Shown here piece after piece: positions 39,552-48,819 of a stretch of DNA of 64,000 nt. The DNA comes from Candidatus Nanopelagicales bacterium. GTDB taxonomy: Bacteria; Actinomycetota; Actinomycetes; S36-B12. The translations under genes were made by a program, and so were the position numbers. The notes below the pieces were generated by a model, which was given only the letters and a program-made list of their open reading frames with translations, ran no database searches and was not told the origin of the DNA. The number at the start of each line of letters is the position of its first letter. Within the stretch, counting starts at the first letter, position 1. Location of the stretch: assembly GCA_030827125.1 (NCBI GenBank), contig JAURFD010000003.1:193607-257606 (forward strand), in the 5' to 3' direction.

Positions 39552-40495
39552 GCCGCCTATCCGAGTTGCTCGCCAGCGGTACACGTCCGGTGGTCACCGC
39601 CGAGTTCCCGAGCATCGACGGTGGTGGCCTCGCCGCTGTCGAGCGGGCCGTCGCCGACCTCAAGCCGTATGTGGATGCGGTCAACGCCACGGACAACCCG
39701 GCGGCGCATGCGCATGCGTCGAATACGTCGATCGCCATTGCTATGCATCAGTTCGGCCTCGAACCGGTCCTGCAGGTGGTCTGCCGAGACAAGAACCGCC
39801 TCGCGATGCAGGCCGACATCATGGGCGCGGCCCTGCACGGCGTGGAGAACGTTGCCCTACTGACCGGAGACGATGTCACCGCCGGCGACGAGCCGGAGGC
39901 TCGGCGAGTATTCGATCTCGACAGCATCCAGATGGTCAAGGTCGCCGGCGGTCTCGCCGAAGGGCACTACCTCTCAGGAAGGGCCATCAAGGAGCCCCCC
40001 ACACTCTTTATCGGCGCCGTTGAGAATCCGTTCGCGCCGCCCCTGGGCTATCGGGTCGAGCGGGCGAAGAAGAAGGCCGACGCAGGGGCCCGATTCCTCC
40101 AATTGCAGATCGGCTACCACCCCGACCGCCTCGAAGACTTCGTGCGCGGCTGCGTGGAGATGGGCGTCGCCGAGACGACCGCGCTACTCCCGACCATCGT
40201 TCTCACCAAGACCGGACGAGCCCTGTCCTTTATGAACGACTCTGTCCCGGGCATATCTATCCCGCAAGCCACCATCGATCGCGTGGCCGGCGCCGGTGAC
40301 AAGGAAGCGGTCGCGGAGGCCTCCTACGAGGTGACTGTCGAACTCGCCCAGCACGCCCTATCCCTGCCTGGCGTCTCCGGGCTGCACATCACTGACTTCC
40401 GCCATGACGGCAGCCTCGCTCGACTCGTTGAGGACCTGCGCATCGGCCCATCACAGATCAAGGAGCAGCATGCACACCGTCCTCAGCTCGTCTAG
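39548..40495 (+). CDS. metF: Methylenetetrahydrofolate reductase (MetF family)
   Basis: 315 aa, TIM-barrel MTHFR blocks (VNATDNP, VCRDKNR, LLTGDD, GAVENPF, FLQLQIGY). The track ORF is extended 261 nt upstream. Confidence 0.85.
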   Translation: MSRLSELLASGTRPVVTAEFPSIDGGGLAAVERAVADLKPYVDAVNATDNPAAHAHASNTSIAIAMHQFGLEPVLQVVCRDKNRLAMQADIMGAALHGVENVALLTGDDVTAGDEPEARRVFDLDSIQMVKVAGGLAEGHYLSGRAIKEPPTLFIGAVENPFAPPLGYRVERAKKKADAGARFLQLQIGYHPDRLEDFVRGCVEMGVAETTALLPTIVLTKTGRALSFMNDSVPGISIPQATIDRVAGAGDKEAVAEASYEVTVELAQHALSLPGVSGLHITDFRHDGSLARLVEDLRIGPSQIKEQHAHRPQLV

Positions 40496-41333
40496 CGCGT
40501 CCATAACGATCGGCCCCGATCAGCCGTTCTGCATCATCGGCGAGCGCATCAACCCCACCGGGCGCAAGAAGTTCCAGGAGGAACTTCGCGCCAACGACCT
40601 GAGTTCGGTCGAGGTCGACGTGGCCCAGCAGATCGCCGGAGGTGCCATGATGCTCGACGTCAACATGGGCGCCCCGCTCGTCGACGAGGCCAGGCTCCTC
40701 GGCGAAGCCGTGACGCTGGTGCAGTCGCTCACCGATGTGCCCCTGTGCATTGACTCCTCCGTCGTCGAAGCCCTCGAGGCCGGCCTCGCTGCCTACCAGG
40801 GCAAGGCGCTCGTGAACTCGGTCACCATGGAGCGCGAGCGCATCGACCTCATCCTGCCGCTGGTCAAGCGGTACGGCGCCGCGGTGATCGCCCTGCCCAA
40901 CGACGAGGAGGCCATCCCGGAGGATCCGCATCGCCGCCTCGAGTTGGCGAAGCAACTCGTCGGCATCGCCACGGATGAATTCGGTATTCCCATCGAAGAC
41001 ATCGTGGTCGATCCACTAGCGATGCCCGTGGGTGCTGATCACACTCTTGCCCTGAAGACGATGGAGGCCATCCACCTCATCTCCACGGAGATCGGCGTCA
41101 ACACGACGCTCGGCGCCTCCAATGTGTCCTTCGGCATGCCGGACCGCCACACGCTCAATGCCGTGTTCCTCCCCATGGCCATTCAGGCGGGCCTCACGTC
41201 CGCCATTATGGACGCGCGCACAGACCAGATCGTGACAGCGGTGAAGGGGGCCGACCTCATGCGCGGCAATGACGAATGGGGGGCCACCTGGATCTCGCGC
41301 CACCGGGCGAAGCAGGCGGCCGCCGGCGGATGA
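40470..41333 (+). CDS. Methyl-THF:corrinoid methyltransferase (pterin-binding domain, MtgA/AcsE/MetH-like)
   Basis: IIGERINPTGRKKF, LDVNMG, LCIDSS, ALVNSV and GASNVSFG blocks. ATG at 40470 is preceded by AAGGAG and overlaps the metF end by 26 nt. Confidence 0.85.
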   Translation: MHTVLSSSSASITIGPDQPFCIIGERINPTGRKKFQEELRANDLSSVEVDVAQQIAGGAMMLDVNMGAPLVDEARLLGEAVTLVQSLTDVPLCIDSSVVEALEAGLAAYQGKALVNSVTMERERIDLILPLVKRYGAAVIALPNDEEAIPEDPHRRLELAKQLVGIATDEFGIPIEDIVVDPLAMPVGADHTLALKTMEAIHLISTEIGVNTTLGASNVSFGMPDRHTLNAVFLPMAIQAGLTSAIMDARTDQIVTAVKGADLMRGNDEWGATWISRHRAKQAAAGG

Positions 41334-43186
41334 CAGCTTCGCATCACGACGACCTACCCGCCCGGATCACGCTGCGCTACGAACCGGCGGGCAAGTCGGT
41401 TCGTGTCCCCAACGGCGTTAGCGTCTTCGACGCGGCACTGTGGAATGGCGTCGCGGTGGACTCCACCTGCGGTGGGCACGGAACCTGCCGCAAGTGCAAG
41501 GTACGGATCGTCGATTCCGAGACGCCTGTCGCTGCGGCCGACGAGCGCGCCTTCACCCCCGAGCAGTTGGCTGACGGTTGGCGGCTGGCCTGTCTGACCA
41601 CCGCGCATCACGATCTCGTCATTGACGTCCCTGAACTCACCACTCGGCCCAAGGCAGCCACCGTCGGCGTCGGCCGACAGGTCATCCTGCGGCCCGCCGT
41701 ACAAAAGCGCTTCCTCGAGTTGGACGAGCCCACGCTCGCCGATCAACGCACCGACATCCAACGCGTGCGCGACGCCATGGACGACCTCGAGCTCGCCGTC
41801 GATATCGAGGTGTTGCGAACGCTCGGTCGAGATCTGCGCGCGGCGAATTGGGCAGTCACCGCCGTCGTCGTCGGGACGCACCTCGTCGCCCTGGAGGCCG
41901 GCGACACCACCGACCGGCGGTTCGGCGTCGCCATCGACCTTGGCACCACCACGGCCGTAGCGACTCTCATGGATCTGTCCACCGGGGCACCCGTGGCCGT
42001 GTCATCGATGCTCAACCGCCAGCAGCCGTTCGGAGCCGACGTCATCAGTCGCATCAGTGCCACCATGCTCGATCCCGAAGCCCTCGGCCGGCTTCGCGAC
42101 CTCGCGCAGTCGACACTGGCCGATCTCACGGTCGACGTCCTCGTCGAGGCGCGCGTCACCCCCGACGAGGTGTACGAGGTGGCGCTCGCTGGCAACGCCA
42201 CCATGATGCAACTGCTCCTCGGGATCGATCCTGAGCCGCTGGGCGTGGCCCCTTTCATCCTGGCCAGCGCCCACTTCGAAGGCCTGCGGGCCGCAGACCT
42301 CGGCGTACCGATTCATCCGCGGGCGCGAGCAACGGTCTTCCCTGCGCTGGGCGCCTACGTGGGAGGCGACATCGTCGCCGGGGCACTCGCCGCAGGGATG
42401 GATCGCGACAAGCGACTGCGCCTGTTCATCGACATCGGGACGAACTGCGAAATCATCCTCGCCGACGGTGAGCGCCTCGTGTGCACGGCGGCGCCGGCCG
42501 GACCGGCGTTCGAGGCCGCATCCATCTCCAGCGGCATGCGCGCTGCGCCCGGTGCTATCGAGGTCGTGACGATCGACGACGAGGGACTGCATCTCGAGGT
42601 CATCGGTGGCGAGGCACCCGTCGGCCTATGCGGATCGGGCCTGGTCGACGTGGTCGCCGAGCTCGCGCGCGTCGGCTGCATCGATCCCTCCGGGCGCTTC
42701 CTCAGCGATGAGCGGCTCGCCGAGGTGCATCCGGCCCTTGCTCCGCGCTTCATCAATCGTGACGGCGAACGCGTCTTCGTTCTCGCCACAGCTGAGGAGT
42801 CCGGCGACGGCAGTCAAGTGGTCCTGAGTCAGCGGGACGTGCGGGAACTGCAGTTTGCCAAGGCCGCGATCTCCACCGGTTGGCGCTTGCTCGCAGAGGA
42901 AATTGGCGTTGAGGCCAACGACATCCAGCAGGTACTCCTGGCCGGATCCTTCGGCACGTACCTCTCGGCCAAGAGTGCGATCACCATCGGCCTGGTGCCC
43001 AAGATCCCGGCAGCGCGCATCGTCAGCGCGGGGAATGTCGCCGGCGAGGGCGCGAAGATGGCGTTGCTGTCCGAACCGGAGCGGCACGGTGCGCTCGCTC
43101 TCATCGACGAGATCGACTACGTCGAGTTATCTGACCGCACCGACTTCAACGATCGGTTCGTCGATGAGCTCGCCTTCCCCGTCTGA
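41330..43186 (+). CDS. Corrinoid reductive activase (N-terminal 2Fe-2S ferredoxin plus ASKHA ATPase, RamA/RACo-like)
   Basis: CGGHGTCRKCKV..C ferredoxin motif followed by a ~500-aa ASKHA-type domain (DLGTTT, DIGTNCE). ATG overlaps the preceding TGA. Confidence 0.85.
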   Translation: MTASHHDDLPARITLRYEPAGKSVRVPNGVSVFDAALWNGVAVDSTCGGHGTCRKCKVRIVDSETPVAAADERAFTPEQLADGWRLACLTTAHHDLVIDVPELTTRPKAATVGVGRQVILRPAVQKRFLELDEPTLADQRTDIQRVRDAMDDLELAVDIEVLRTLGRDLRAANWAVTAVVVGTHLVALEAGDTTDRRFGVAIDLGTTTAVATLMDLSTGAPVAVSSMLNRQQPFGADVISRISATMLDPEALGRLRDLAQSTLADLTVDVLVEARVTPDEVYEVALAGNATMMQLLLGIDPEPLGVAPFILASAHFEGLRAADLGVPIHPRARATVFPALGAYVGGDIVAGALAAGMDRDKRLRLFIDIGTNCEIILADGERLVCTAAPAGPAFEAASISSGMRAAPGAIEVVTIDDEGLHLEVIGGEAPVGLCGSGLVDVVAELARVGCIDPSGRFLSDERLAEVHPALAPRFINRDGERVFVLATAEESGDGSQVVLSQRDVRELQFAKAAISTGWRLLAEEIGVEANDIQQVLLAGSFGTYLSAKSAITIGLVPKIPAARIVSAGNVAGEGAKMALLSEPERHGALALIDEIDYVELSDRTDFNDRFVDELAFPV

Positions 43187-43778
43187 GAGCCGACCGCGAG
43201 CGCACGCGTCGCGCGCCATCATCACCTGCGGCGCCATCGGGCGCGAGGCCCTGGACTGGGCAGCGGGTCAGGACGTTGCGGTTTATCCACTCCCCCCGGT
43301 CATGCACAACCATCCCGAACAGATCGCGCCCGCCGTCGAGGCCGAGATCATCCGACTGCGCGACCTACATGACGAGATCGCTATCGCGTACGCCGACTGC
43401 GGAACCTACGGCGCCCTCGATGAGGTGTGCACTCGGCACGGAATCACGCGCCTACCCGAACGGCACTGCTACGACCTGCTGTCGACACCCGACGCGCTGG
43501 ACGCGCAGTGGGCCGCCGAGCCCGGCACCTTCGTGCTCATCGACTTCACCGTGGTGGCCTTCGACCGGATGATTTGGCGCGAACTCGGACTTGATCGCCA
43601 TCCGGAACTTCGCGACGACTACTTCGGCCACTTCACCAAGGTCGTCTGGCTGGCGGGTCGGCGTACCCCCGAGATGGAGCGGGCAGCCCACCGGGCGGCG
43701 GAGCGCCTCGAACTCCCGCTGGAGATCTGGCCGGTCGGGGCCGCCCTGGACAACCACCTGACCGAGTTGTTCACCTGA
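43164..43778 (+). CDS. DUF1638-domain protein (function unknown; family assignment from memory)
   Basis: About 204 aa. Last gene of the corrinoid operon, overlapping the activase end by 23 nt. Start choice is uncertain. Confidence 0.65.
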   Translation: MSSPSPSESRPRAHASRAIITCGAIGREALDWAAGQDVAVYPLPPVMHNHPEQIAPAVEAEIIRLRDLHDEIAIAYADCGTYGALDEVCTRHGITRLPERHCYDLLSTPDALDAQWAAEPGTFVLIDFTVVAFDRMIWRELGLDRHPELRDDYFGHFTKVVWLAGRRTPEMERAAHRAAERLELPLEIWPVGAALDNHLTELFT

Positions 43779-43816
43779 CGCTTATTCCTCCGATCCGAAT
43801 CTCCCGCTCGGCGGGA

Positions 43817-43836
43817 CACATGGGACAGACCATGTG
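43817..43836. promoter_or_regulatory. Inverted repeat CACATGG-N6-CCATGTG upstream of gntR
   Basis: Perfect 7-bp arms, 40 nt upstream of the gntR ATG, in a relatively AT-rich 97-bp spacer. Confidence 0.3.
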
Positions 43837-43875
43837 GGAATCTGATGTACAAAGCCCGACATAACTGATATATCT

Positions 43876-44550
43876 ATGTCCGTGACGGCCATTCCCCTCG
43901 TTCAACCCGACCTCGCCGAAGGGGCCTCCCAGGCGGATCGGGCCTACCAGGAGATCCGCGCGCTCATCGTCACCGGCGAACTCGGCCCCGGCTCGTTGAT
44001 CAGCGAACCGGACCTCCAAGGGCAACTTGGTCTGGGCCGCACCCCGATTCGCGAGGCCCTGCGCACCCTCGCGCATGAGCGACTCGTCGAGGTCTACCCC
44101 CGCCGCGGCATGTTCGTTGCCGCACTCGATCCGCGCGACCTTTCGGCCCTGTCCGAGGTCCGTGAGGAGAGTGAGCCCTTCGCGGCCCGCCTCGCCGCCG
44201 AACGACGCACCGAGGAAGACCTAGCCGAGATCGAGCAACTCCTGCTCACCATCGACGTCATGGCGTCCGCGCCCGACGCGCGCGGTCTCATCGAACTTGA
44301 CCAGCGCATCCACCATCAGGTCTACCGGTGGGCGCACAACGACTTCCTGCAAGCCGTATGCGCCCAGCACTACATGCACGCACTGCGCATTTGGTTCCTC
44401 GCGCTCGACCGCGTGCCCAATCTCAACGAGGCGGTCACCGAACATCGCGACCTCCTCCTTGCCATCCGCGACGGCGACCCCGAAGTCGCCGCCGAAGTCA
44501 TGTCCCGCCACGTGCGCGGATTCGAAGCAGAGATCCGCCGCGCCATCTGA
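43876..44550 (+). CDS. GntR-family regulator (FadR/FCD subfamily)
   Basis: wHTH SEPDLQGQLGLGRTPIREALRTLAHERLV plus an all-helical C-terminal FCD-like domain. Confidence 0.85.
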   Translation: MSVTAIPLVQPDLAEGASQADRAYQEIRALIVTGELGPGSLISEPDLQGQLGLGRTPIREALRTLAHERLVEVYPRRGMFVAALDPRDLSALSEVREESEPFAARLAAERRTEEDLAEIEQLLLTIDVMASAPDARGLIELDQRIHHQVYRWAHNDFLQAVCAQHYMHALRIWFLALDRVPNLNEAVTEHRDLLLAIRDGDPEVAAEVMSRHVRGFEAEIRRAI

Positions 44551-44589
44551 AACCACCGCACAACCCGAGTGACAACGAAAGAGGAAGCA

Positions 44590-47097
44590 ATGAGCAGTCT
44601 CCCGAGCAAAGCCAAGTGCGTCGTCATCGGCGCCGGCATTGTGGGCAACTCGATGGTCTACCACCTGGCGCGTCTGGGCTGGACCGACATCGTCCAGATC
44701 GACAAGGGTCCGCTGCCCAACCCGGGCGGCTCCACCGGTCACGCGTCGAACTTCATCTTCCTCGTCGATCACAACAAGGAGATGGCCCAGCTCACCCTGG
44801 ACAGCCTTCGCCAATACATCGAACTCGACACCTTCTTCGAGTCCGGTGGCATTGAGGTGGCCCGCACCGCCGAGCGCATGCAGGAGTTGAACCGCCGCGT
44901 GACCTCCGGCAAGTCCTGGGGCGTCGATGGCATGGCCATTTTGACCCCCGATGAGGTCAAGGGGATGGTGCCCTTCATCGATGAAAGCGTCATCCTGGGC
45001 GGCTTCTACACCAAGGGTGTCGGAGTCTGCGATTCATTGCGCGCAGGCACGCTCATGCGAGAGAAGGCCATTGAGATGGGGGCCCTGCAGTCCTTCGCGA
45101 ATGTCGAGGTCAAGGACCTCACGGTCGAAGATGGCCACATCAAGGCCGTGGTCACCGATCAGGGCACCATCGAGGCCGACTACGTCGTCATCGCGACCGG
45201 CTGCTGGAGCCGCCAACTTGCCGCCATGGCCGGGGCCAACATCCCGCTCACCCCTGCCGTTCACCAGATGAAGGACATCGGACCCGTAGCGATGTTCGCC
45301 GACGCCAAGGGTGACCTCGAATACCCGATCGTCCGCGACATGGACACCAACATGTACGAGCGTCAGCACGGCACCGGCCTGGAGATCGGCTCCTACGCCC
45401 ACCGACCGATCCTGTACGACGCCGAGGAGATCCCTTCGAACGCCGAGGCTGCCCTCTCCCCCACCGAGTTCCCGTTCACCCCCGACGACTTCGCCGACCA
45501 GGACGAGCACGCCCTTGAGCTCATGCCCGAAATCGTCGGCGACGAGGGCGCCCAGGAGAAGTACGCCATCAACGGCCTGCTCTCCCTCACCCCGGACGGC
45601 ATGCCGATCCTTGGCGAGACCCCGGAGGTCAAGGGTCTGTGGTCCGCCGCCGCCGTGTGGGTCAAGGAGGGCCCGGGTGTCGGTCGTGCGCTGGCGGAGT
45701 GGATGGTCCTCGGTGAGCCCGAGATCGACCTGCACGCCTCCGATATCGCCCGCTTCTACCCCGAGCAGACCACGACCAAGCACATCAAGGATCGTGCGAA
45801 CGAGGGCTTCAACAAGACCTACGGCATCGTCCACCCGGCCGAGCAGTGGTCCTCGAACCGTGGCGTGCGCAAATCGCCGTACTACGACCGCGAGGCCGAC
45901 CTCGGCGCTGTCTTCTACGAGACCGTGCTGTGGGAGCGTCCTTTCTGGTATGCGTCCAACGCCGGCCTAGTGGAGAAGTACGGCGACGCCGTGATGCCAC
46001 GCACCGCCGAGTGGGAGTCGCGCTGGTGGTCGCCGATCATCAACGCCGAGCACCTGCAGATGCGCGAGACGGCCGGTTTGGTCGACCTCACGGCCTTCGC
46101 CCTCTTCGACATCACCGGCCCCGGCGCCCTGGCGACCGTCCAAGGCGTGTGCATGCGGCAGATGGATGTCGCCGTCGGCAAGGTCGTTTACACCCCCGTC
46201 CTGCTGCCCAGCGGCGGGTGGCGCTCTGACCTCACCGTCATGCGGTTGGGCGAAGACCACTTCCGCGTCGTCACCGGTGGCGCGCACGGCATGTCGGACT
46301 TCAAGTGGTTCAAGGACCACGCGGCCGAGGGCGCGACGTTCACCAACCTCACCGACGACATCTCCACCCTCGGTGTCTGGGGCCCGAACGCCCGCGCCAT
46401 CGTGTCCGCGGTGACCGACGCCGACATGAGCAACGAAGGCTTCCCCTTCGGCACCTGCCGCGAGATCACCATCGCTGGCAAATCCGTCCTCGCCTCGCGC
46501 ATCTCCTACGTCGGTGACCTCGGTTGGGAGCTCTACGTCTCCATGGCCGACGGTCCGGCGGTGTGGGACGCCATCTGGGCGGCGGGTCAAGAGCACGGCC
46601 TCATCCCCGTCGGCATCGGCGTGTACGGCACGACCGGTCGCCTGGAGAAGGCCTACCGCGCGTACGGACCCGAACTCGAGGGCGACTTCAACGTCATCGA
46701 GGCTGGCATGGCCACCAAGAAGGTCAAGGACGCCGACTTCGTCGGCAAGGAGTCCTACCTGCGTCACCGCGAAGAGGAGCCCGCAGCGACGCTGTGCGTT
46801 CTCACCGTCGATGACCACACCTCCTCGACAGGCGAGAAGCGCTACATGATGGGTGGTGAGCCGATCCTCACGCTCGAGGGCGAGTCGATCGTCGATCCGC
46901 ATGGCCGTATCTCGTACGTCACCTCCGCTGGCTCGGCCCCATCGGTCGGCAAGCACATCCTGATGACGTACCTCCCTGCCGAATACTCCACACCCGGCAC
47001 CAAGTTGGCTGTGGAGTACCTCGGCGAGCAGTACCCGGTGACCGTAACCGGCTCCGGCGCACTCTTCGACCCGAACAACGAACGGATCTTGTCGTAA
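44590..47097 (+). CDS. Dimethylglycine/sarcosine dehydrogenase-family enzyme (FAD oxidoreductase fused to a GcvT-like folate-binding domain)
   Basis: VVIGAGIVGNS FAD fold and GGSTGHA (covalent-FAD His region). C-terminal aminomethyltransferase-type domain. ATG at 44590 follows GAAAGAGGAAG. Confidence 0.88.
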   Translation: MSSLPSKAKCVVIGAGIVGNSMVYHLARLGWTDIVQIDKGPLPNPGGSTGHASNFIFLVDHNKEMAQLTLDSLRQYIELDTFFESGGIEVARTAERMQELNRRVTSGKSWGVDGMAILTPDEVKGMVPFIDESVILGGFYTKGVGVCDSLRAGTLMREKAIEMGALQSFANVEVKDLTVEDGHIKAVVTDQGTIEADYVVIATGCWSRQLAAMAGANIPLTPAVHQMKDIGPVAMFADAKGDLEYPIVRDMDTNMYERQHGTGLEIGSYAHRPILYDAEEIPSNAEAALSPTEFPFTPDDFADQDEHALELMPEIVGDEGAQEKYAINGLLSLTPDGMPILGETPEVKGLWSAAAVWVKEGPGVGRALAEWMVLGEPEIDLHASDIARFYPEQTTTKHIKDRANEGFNKTYGIVHPAEQWSSNRGVRKSPYYDREADLGAVFYETVLWERPFWYASNAGLVEKYGDAVMPRTAEWESRWWSPIINAEHLQMRETAGLVDLTAFALFDITGPGALATVQGVCMRQMDVAVGKVVYTPVLLPSGGWRSDLTVMRLGEDHFRVVTGGAHGMSDFKWFKDHAAEGATFTNLTDDISTLGVWGPNARAIVSAVTDADMSNEGFPFGTCREITIAGKSVLASRISYVGDLGWELYVSMADGPAVWDAIWAAGQEHGLIPVGIGVYGTTGRLEKAYRAYGPELEGDFNVIEAGMATKKVKDADFVGKESYLRHREEEPAATLCVLTVDDHTSSTGEKRYMMGGEPILTLEGESIVDPHGRISYVTSAGSAPSVGKHILMTYLPAEYSTPGTKLAVEYLGEQYPVTVTGSGALFDPNNERILS

Positions 47098-47861
47098 TGG
47101 ATATCGCTGTCTGCATCAAGCGCGTACCCCTATCGCCGGGGCGGTGGACCCTCACCGCCGACGGCACCGAGATCGATACCAGCAGCAGTGCGATGGGCTG
47201 GACACTCAGCCCGCACGAGGAATGCGCCACAGAGGCCGCCGTCCAGCTCAAGGAGACGGACGGTGGCACCGTGACGGCATTCACTCTCGGCACACCGGAG
47301 TCCAGCGAGCAGATCCGCGAACTTATGGCGGTCGGCGTGGACCGCGGCGTACTGCTCGAGACCGACGGCGCCGAGTGGGATGCCCAGGCCACGGCCGCGG
47401 CACTCGCCGAGGCGATCCGCGCCGACGAGACCGACTTCTCGGCTGTCATCTTGGGCACTGAGTCGGCCGACGTCTCTGGCTATCAGGTGGGTGTGCGACT
47501 CGCCCACGCGCTTGGCTGGCCCATCGTCACCAACGTCAAGGGCCTGTCGGTGAGCAACGGCGTCGCTCGATGCGAGCGCGTCGTCGGCTCCGAGCGCGAG
47601 GTCTACGAGGTCTCCCTGCCCGCGGTCATCGCGGTCAAGGACGGCGTCAACATCCCGCGTTATCCGTCGGTGCCGGGCCGCATCAAGGCGCGCAAGAAGC
47701 CCATCGACACCGCGAACCCGACCCGCTCGGATCCACGCGTGGAGAAGGTGAGCCTGGCCCTCCCGCCGCAGGAGGCGGGCACCGCCGAGATCATCGGCAA
47801 CGGTCCGGACGCGGCTCCCCGCGTCGTGGAAATTCTCAAAGAGATCGGAGTGCTCGCATGA
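47097..47861 (+). CDS. etfB: Electron transfer flavoprotein beta subunit
   Basis: MDIAVCIKRVP start. ATG overlaps the dehydrogenase TAA by 1 nt (TAATG). Confidence 0.9.
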   Translation: MDIAVCIKRVPLSPGRWTLTADGTEIDTSSSAMGWTLSPHEECATEAAVQLKETDGGTVTAFTLGTPESSEQIRELMAVGVDRGVLLETDGAEWDAQATAAALAEAIRADETDFSAVILGTESADVSGYQVGVRLAHALGWPIVTNVKGLSVSNGVARCERVVGSEREVYEVSLPAVIAVKDGVNIPRYPSVPGRIKARKKPIDTANPTRSDPRVEKVSLALPPQEAGTAEIIGNGPDAAPRVVEILKEIGVLA

Positions 47862-48817
47862 TCCTCGTTTACGTCGACCACGATCGAGGCACTCTCGACG
47901 AACTCTCCCTGCAGGCGATCACCGCGGCCCGCGGGCTGGACTCCGACGTCCAGGCCGTCATGGTCGGGGCGGATGCCGTGGCCCTGGCACCGCGACTCGG
48001 TGAGTTCGGTGTAGGCACCGTGCACGTGGCCGTGGATCCGAGGATCACCGACTACACGCCCATGGCCTGCGGTCGAGCCCTGGCGAGTGTCGCGCAGCAA
48101 TTCCACCCGGCAGCCGTCCTGGCAGTGGGTTCCCCGCGCGGCAACGAGGTGCTCGCGCACGCGGCGGCCATCCTCGACGAGCCCTTCGCGGCCGAGTGCA
48201 CCGAGATCTCCCTTGGTGGCGACGTCGCCACGGTGACGCGCAATCGCTGGGCCGGCAACGTCCTCGAGACGGCCCGAGTGCATGCGTCGATGCTCATCGC
48301 CTCCGTCACCGCCCATGCCTTCGCAGCGGAGAGCATCCCGGGCGCGGCGCCAGCGGCTGTCGTGGAGTTCTCCCCCGAGCTCACCGAGGCTGATCTGGCC
48401 GTACGCGTTATCGATCGCGTCGGCAGCGGTGGTGGTGGGGTGAGCCTCGCTGAGGCCAAGGTGGTCGTCAGTGGCGGCCGCGGGGTCGGCGAAGGCGGCT
48501 TTGGCCCGCTGGAGGAACTCGCCGAACTACTCGGTGGCACCGTCGGCTGCTCGCGAGTCGTCACCTCGGCTGGTTGGCGCCCGCATGCCGAGCAGGTGGG
48601 GCAGACCGGCACCAAGGTCGCCCCCGAGCTCTACTTCGCGATCGGCATCAGCGGTGCGACACAGCACATTGCCGGCTGCAAGAACGCAAAGACGATGATC
48701 GCGATCAACACCGATCCTGAGGCGACGATCATGTCGTACGCCGACTACGCCATCGTCGGCGACGCCGGGCAGATCATGCCCGCGATCGTTGACGCCGTAC
48801 GCGCCGCGAAAGGCTAG
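47858..48817 (+). CDS. etfA: Electron transfer flavoprotein alpha subunit
   Basis: ATGA overlap with etfB. C-terminal FAD signature [34 protein letters not shown]. The track ORF is extended 288 nt upstream. Confidence 0.9.
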   Translation: MILVYVDHDRGTLDELSLQAITAARGLDSDVQAVMVGADAVALAPRLGEFGVGTVHVAVDPRITDYTPMACGRALASVAQQFHPAAVLAVGSPRGNEVLAHAAAILDEPFAAECTEISLGGDVATVTRNRWAGNVLETARVHASMLIASVTAHAFAAESIPGAAPAAVVEFSPELTEADLAVRVIDRVGSGGGGVSLAEAKVVVSGGRGVGEGGFGPLEELAELLGGTVGCSRVVTSAGWRPHAEQVGQTGTKVAPELYFAIGISGATQHIAGCKNAKTMIAINTDPEATIMSYADYAIVGDAGQIMPAIVDAVRAAKG

Positions 48818-48819
48818 AC

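Noticed and set aside
43771-44076. A 101-aa minus-strand ORF overlapping the gntR start, as a candidate small divergent gene.
   Set aside because: It is antisense to the well-supported GntR wHTH region, with no RBS and no motif. It is a typical GC-rich shadow ORF.
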